NCBI GenBank assembly: GCA_002633005.1
Contig: NMRA01000137.1
Coordinates: 186,001 to 250,000 of the forward strand
From: Phoronis australis
Lineage: Eukaryota; Animalia; Phoronida
DNA length: 64,000 nucleotides
Direction: 5' to 3'
Shown piece after piece: positions 61,801 to 64,000 of this stretch (the stretch's first letter is position 1; every line of letters starts with the position of its first letter). A program made the position numbers and the translations under genes. The notes under the pieces are model-generated. The model was not told the DNA's origin. It did not search any database and saw only the letters and a list, made by a program, of their open reading frames with translations.

Positions 61801-63364
61801 TGACGGTCTCCTAAAGCATCCCTCTATGCGCAAAAGGTGCTTTTAACAATGTGACTTTGATTTTTTAATTAGTGTGAGGCATAATTCGCCGACAAGCTTC
61901 CGGCGCATGAAGCTTCACCGTCTATAAGGGCAGGCCAGTAGAGACGGTGGTCATCGTCTACCGGCTAAGACAACCGCTTGGTTGATACACCGGTTGCCGT
62001 ACTCCATATCTTAGCCGAGTACGATAACCGGTTTACCAACCAATCCGATGTCTTGTTGACCAGGCTTAGTGCAGCCATTGTTTTTAGAGGTGTTACCGAG
62101 CATTTGTTTCGATCCTTACTCATAACGTGGCTAAAGGACTATTACGGCGAAAAAATCTTTATGTGGCATGTTCACACACAGTCCAGCAAAACAATGAACA
62201 GACAGTTTTTTCTAAAATGCATATTATCATTTACGCATACAACTTAAGTAATACCGTATTGTTGTTTACCTGTCTCCCGCACAGATCCCAAATATCGACA
62301 GCCAGGTTTTCTTTCCCAGTTACACCATTGCCGTTTGTGCCTGGAATAAAACTGTTGTTATCGCAGGTCCTCCAACCCTCCTTTCAAAAGCTGTGGAAAC
62401 ATTCATTTTCAACCTACGGTAGATAGTACATGCCTGCATATAACTTAACAAACTTTCACGATGCAGTCTCGCCTCGCCGCTTTCCACTTAACGCGGTACC
62501 GATGCCACTTTTGTTTTGAACACCTGCATTGCATGAAATGGAAGGGAGCAATAATGTCTGATTTTTATGCAGTCAAATTTCCATAAGCCATGTATAACAA
62601 ATGTCCAAGATCTAAATCCTCGAACTCAACACTTAACTCAGATTCAGACTCGAAAATCAACTAATCACGCTGCAAGATTCGAGCAAAAATTTGCAAGTTT
62701 ACTCAAACAGTGGCATTGGTCAATCTTCGATTCCAGTTAAGCGTTACTAGTATAGACCCTGAGCCCAGATTGCCATTCAAGTCAGGAATGAACTTAAGGA
62801 TGCTGAAACTGCTTTGAAGCTGTGCATGTCTCGGTACCATAGTCATATCCATTGATGAAGAAGTACTCAATCTTAAATTTAGTCTAGTGACCAAGTAATA
62901 CACTGAAATATGGTGCAGCTTGAATTTACTGACGATTCTTGCCAAAATAGAAAATTGATGGGCATCTTCTGTTGTGAGCGAGTATTTGGAAAATCATTTC
63001 AAAGTGTCAGCGACAAATCCTATCCACGACAACGTCGAGGAATTCTAAAAATTTGCAAAATGAATAATTAAATAATGCAAACTTAATCACATGGCACGAA
63101 ATAGTAACATGTTTCGTGCCCACTACGTGATGGAACTTGGCAAAACTTTCTAAATGCAAAAGTAAAACACCAACGAGTATTGAAAATTGGGTGTTTTGAA
63201 CCCTAAAGTCTATCTCACCCCTTTCATCACTTTCAAACGGAAACCAAGTGTCAACAGTTACTCCCTCTGTTGGTTGTTCAACTGTCCTCACAGATTCACC
63301 GATTAGCGATTGTACCAGACTGGTCTTCCCACTTCCAAGATCTCCCATGACGAATAGCTTACAC
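28705..63364 (-). CDS. ROCO-family (Roc GTPase + COR) protein, MFHAS1-like, 3' portion (15 exons; 5' end not located, probably beyond window)
   Basis: Exons in transcription order: 63364-63219, 62340-62270, 61195-61073, 58560-58406, 57806-57692, 56699-56460, 54019-53892, 53618-53486, 52637-52452, 43355-43173, 36774-36604, 33648-33477, 31656-31526, 30279-29809, 28881-28705. All GT-AG, phases chain correctly, 2602 nt open to TGA. GTPase motifs: G1 GDLGSGKTS, G2 PTEGV, G3 IWDLCG, G4 VATKID, G5 ISCS. COR-like motifs: GVEKLR, LNFLEISGSIVRY, LQLME, YLPLL, LPGFFRLMLTR, LWNNG, YPGL. Confidence 0.88.
29809..30279 (-). CDS. ROCO exon: low-complexity tail with AKAP-like helix
   Basis: 157 open codons, acag|GGT...CAG|gtttgt; contains IKAASKIASAFVAAILAKAVAEY. 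Confidence 0.78.
30323..30441. repeat. Imperfect palindrome (hairpin MITE-like)
   Basis: attttgagaaccagttt / aaactggttctcaaaat plus outer arms. Confidence 0.7.
31526..31656 (-). CDS. ROCO exon: tail
   Basis: ttgcag|AT ACT...KLKSSKKK|gtaagc, phase 1 to 0. Confidence 0.75.
33096..33274. mobile_element. MITE with CATGCGCRCACCCAG TIR
   Basis: TSD aatct/aattt (4 of 5); relatives at 59838-60027, 63594-63880 and about 8330-8492. Confidence 0.65.
33477..33648 (-). CDS. ROCO exon: post-COR
   Basis: tttag|IYLSPYGELFF...FPLNECL...FT G|gtaaga. Confidence 0.8.
34315..34776. repeat. Long inverted repeat (about 158-bp arms, 146-bp spacer)
   Basis: 34315-34472 is the reverse complement of 34619-34776 with a modest number of mismatches. 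Confidence 0.9.
35127..35279. mobile_element. MITE, sister copy of 10220-10382
   Basis: Shared gatccaggactttgagt and ctgaactgccaaatggaatctggga; TSD tgttc/tgttc. Confidence 0.7.
35630..35784. mobile_element. Small MITE (GGGCCCAGTTGCATAAA TIR)
   Basis: Terminal inverted repeat; related fragment at 36860-36980. Confidence 0.55.
36604..36774 (-). CDS. ROCO exon: COR end
   Basis: SWVHVSF...LEFLRRYPGLIYK|gtgagg. Confidence 0.85.
43173..43355 (-). CDS. ROCO exon: COR C-terminal subdomain
   Basis: QLNWMPKP...WHFEFSGSILPGFFRLMLTRC...HLWNNGLL. Confidence 0.87.
43617..45290 (+). mobile_element. Kolobok-like non-autonomous DNA transposon
   Basis: TTAA at 43613-43616 and 45291-45294; 13-bp TIR AGGAGAATGCCAC; internal THAP ORF. 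Confidence 0.8.
43781..44077 (+). CDS. THAP zinc-finger ORF (transposase N-terminal remnant)
   Basis: MPLYC...C...FFRLP...RKWL...RVCGRHF: C2CH THAP signature with conserved P, W and F. Confidence 0.8.
   Translation: MPLYCGASLPACPNYEDAKKAGISFFRLPREPEMLRKWLAGVKNIRYAVNSKYEAVKRLRVCGRHFVDSDFSDEFRLTKELSIRSVAYACSRRYSSAS
48974..49948 (-). CDS. Tyrosine recombinase of Ngaro element
   Basis: FLRVSE (R), FKH (K), HSFRIG (HxxR), GRW, NYIR (Y); intact 324 aa. Confidence 0.95.
   Translation of the reverse strand: MALSNTDHSSTAPPYVLTSLLQSSLAPSTISTYRRALSHFLHYHSSSACPLPVFPVSTSTLASYIAHLFSSGLTASTISTYVSAIGFIHKLDSLPDPTSSFLVKKILKGVSNSRPSVDTRLPITTPILHRLLNALPSALNSHFHASLCAAMFSTAFHAFLRVSEFTVATSASSPFSVLQVSDVSVTSSSMSLTISHFKHHDHTPNILVIPRSTGPHCPVATLQHYLTLSNHSSGPLFQLPNGSPITRSYFTRHLNLVLGCVGLDPQRYKSHSFRIGAATSAANLQIPDSTIQRMGRWKSDALKNYIRLSSLNLPVANVPTPSLT
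49897..51855 (-). CDS. Reverse transcriptase/RNase H ORF of Ngaro element (true start uncertain)
   Basis: KFRLIHNLS, KTDIKDAFRL, CLPFG, HLLDDF; RNase H YTDS, KEL, CDN, NFIADKLSR; uninterrupted. Confidence 0.93.
   Translation of the reverse strand: MPQPCFTINSFVSCAPLTLFLGKPPIWNSGIRLSSNLTKFHLPLTTQIPSVLTTHAHSPFVPNFSNHVQPPHTPAVSAGGSTPHSALSSTVATSTAVSLAMASTPPLLALPPPTLNQHREPPPPPPDLPTPIKINKLEPYLLGYPSALTVRIIHGFTYGFRIGVSSMLSSPPPHNHPSAVLNSTVTEHTIQHEVDCGRYSGPHQYPPFDNFITSPLGLIPKKDSGKFRLIHNLSYPSRDTDSVNSHIPLSFSQVHYETIENAMFLVRRSGHNSLMAKTDIKDAFRLVPIHPSDYRFLGFVWAGQYYFDRCLPFGLSSSCNIFELISSSFQWILQNKFNVPGVSHLLDDFFFVGPPNSPLCSSYLRTFLTFCEEIGVPINHQKTVLPTTSITIYGIHLDSQSMTASLPQDKLTKALHLLQSFQNKRSVLLRDLQSLIGFLNFACLVIIPGRAFLRRLIDLTLGISQPHHHVTLTKESRADIRAWLTFLHSFNGKSMFLFEHWTSSQSLKLYTDSASVHGGFAAVCGSNWFSGPWPSSISHLPITFKELFPIVLALEIWGPKLANHRILFMCDNHSVVHIINKTSSKDPNIMRLVRRLVLSTLHHNIHFKAKHIPGKTNFIADKLSRFLFQDAFSMAPWLSPTPTTVPQHLLTF
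51443..52214 (-). CDS. Gag-like ORF1 of Ngaro element
   Basis: IWTDQYVDFGHLI motif, WNQAFLIYLAIY, YDQQFR, Cys/His knuckle CRRFNSAFC...CRYIHRCITCNGFHPASAC; no N-terminal ATG. Confidence 0.8.
52452..52637 (-). CDS. ROCO exon: COR
   Basis: DTKLNESQVRIMLQLMENLDLL...FYLPLL...KP|gtaagg. Confidence 0.85.
53486..53618 (-). CDS. ROCO exon: COR
   Basis: ...RGLAREILFPILWQ|gtaatg, phase 2 to 0. Confidence 0.85.
53892..54019 (-). CDS. ROCO exon: COR
   Basis: GSIVRYEL...LCVNPRALANAICCML. Confidence 0.85.
55097..56059. mobile_element. Non-autonomous DNA transposon, second copy of 26310-27148
   Basis: Collinear similarity over most of the length; TSD cagaa/cagaa. Confidence 0.8.
56460..56699 (-). CDS. 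ROCO exon: Roc/COR junction
   Basis: GVEKLRKTLL...AVKEYLNFLEIS|gtaagt, 80 codons. Confidence 0.88.
57692..57806 (-). CDS. ROCO exon: G5 region
   Basis: LKTRPKLADSIMEISCSSGK, phase 2 to 0. Confidence 0.85.
58406..58560 (-). CDS. ROCO exon: G4 motif plus helical insert
   Basis: CPGSAVLLVATKIDKISSAEKLLIKQNEIIKMV... Confidence 0.88.
59838..60027. mobile_element. MITE with CATGCGC TIR, 5-bp TSD
   Basis: TSD ttttc/ttttc. Confidence 0.7.
61073..61195 (-). CDS. ROCO exon: Roc
   Basis: VCQVAHQSYMTKGALYVIVFNV...LIQTK, a Roc-typical HQ.....ALYVIVF segment. Confidence 0.88.
62270..62340 (-). CDS. ROCO exon: G3 motif
   Basis: ENLAVDIWDLCGRQ|gtaaac; acceptor ttttattccag. Confidence 0.85.
63219..63364 (-). 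CDS. ROCO exon: Roc P-loop (G1) and switch I
   Basis: cag|G TGT AAG; CKLFVMGDLGSGKTSLVQSLIGE...PTEGVTVDTW; donor gtgag. Confidence 0.9.
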
Positions 63365-63593
63365 CTGTGCATAAAAAGTCAACAGATTTAGATATAAGCA
63401 ACAATCTCAATTGCCCACCTAAAATACGTTTTTACAGAACAGACGTAACCGGACTAGATGCAAACAGGGATACAAAAAGGCACGACTTTCAGAAAGCAGC
63501 CTTGTTCAAGTTGTAGCGACGTGGGTAGCGAAATGGGTGACGACCAGTTAGTACAGGCGTACCTTCCGTTGACGCAATAATTCACGACATATT

Positions 63594-63880
63594 CATGCAC
63601 GCGCCCAGTTTAAAAAATGGGAGGCTCGAATTTTATTTTTGAGAATGTGGACCTTTTACTAAGATTCACAGGGTACTTTCAGAGTTATGAATTGTGCATT
63701 CGTCGAATTTTGGTAGTTCCTGCATTTTCAGTGGTCTTTTGTCTCATTTTCTACTTTTTTCGAAGCTTTTGTTTCTCTAAGACGGACCTTTTTGCCCACT
63801 TCGCCAAATGGGGGGGGGGGGGGGGCCNGGGGGGGGGGGGCCTTCAAGCCTCCCGAGCCCCTTCCCGGGGTGCGCGCATG
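63594..63880. mobile_element. MITE with CATGC(A/G)CGC TIR
   Basis: TSD atatt/atata (4 of 5); G-runs near the terminus. Confidence 0.6.
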
Positions 63881-64000
63881 ATATAGCCAGAGACCGAAAA
63901 GATATTGCCAAATGAGGCACGTGACCACACTTGCCCTGGTAACCCGGATCACTGAGGATTTTGTTCATGGCGGCCGGGCAAAGTGGCTCTGACATAGAGG

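Noticed and set aside
62341-62523. Alternative upstream acceptors for the G3 exon
   Set aside because: They introduce in-frame stops; only the 62340 acceptor keeps phase.
63563-63600. Candidate next upstream ROCO exon (…GGA AG|gtacg)
   Set aside because: Phase-compatible, but it runs into a MITE and has no clear acceptor or homology.

Overview
Intron-rich animal genomic DNA, AT-rich and probably a marine invertebrate (species not determinable here). It holds two convergent multi-exon genes, both reconstructed by hand with GT-AG junctions and consistent reading phase. (1) The 3' part of EEA1 on the + strand: 19 exons, 3347-23525, coiled coil plus C-terminal FYVE. (2) The 3' part of a ROCO (Roc GTPase-COR, MFHAS1-like) gene on the - strand: 15 exons, 63364-28705. 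Its C-terminal tail carries a perfect AKAP/PKA-RII-type amphipathic helix consensus and ends in a CaaX box (SKTCNIL*), an architecture I do not know from characterised ROCO proteins. One ROCO intron holds a young Ngaro-type tyrosine-recombinase retrotransposon (47566-52417; gag, RT/RNaseH, YR; split direct repeats A1-B1-A2-B2). It sits in a site resembling its own circle junction, apparently inside an older LTR. The same intron holds a Kolobok-like TTAA element with a THAP ORF. Also present: a Helentron/HINE-like repeat with CTCF-like motifs, Penelope fragments with hammerhead-like cores, several MITE families with 5-bp TSDs, and minisatellites. Most entries in the ORF track are spurious.
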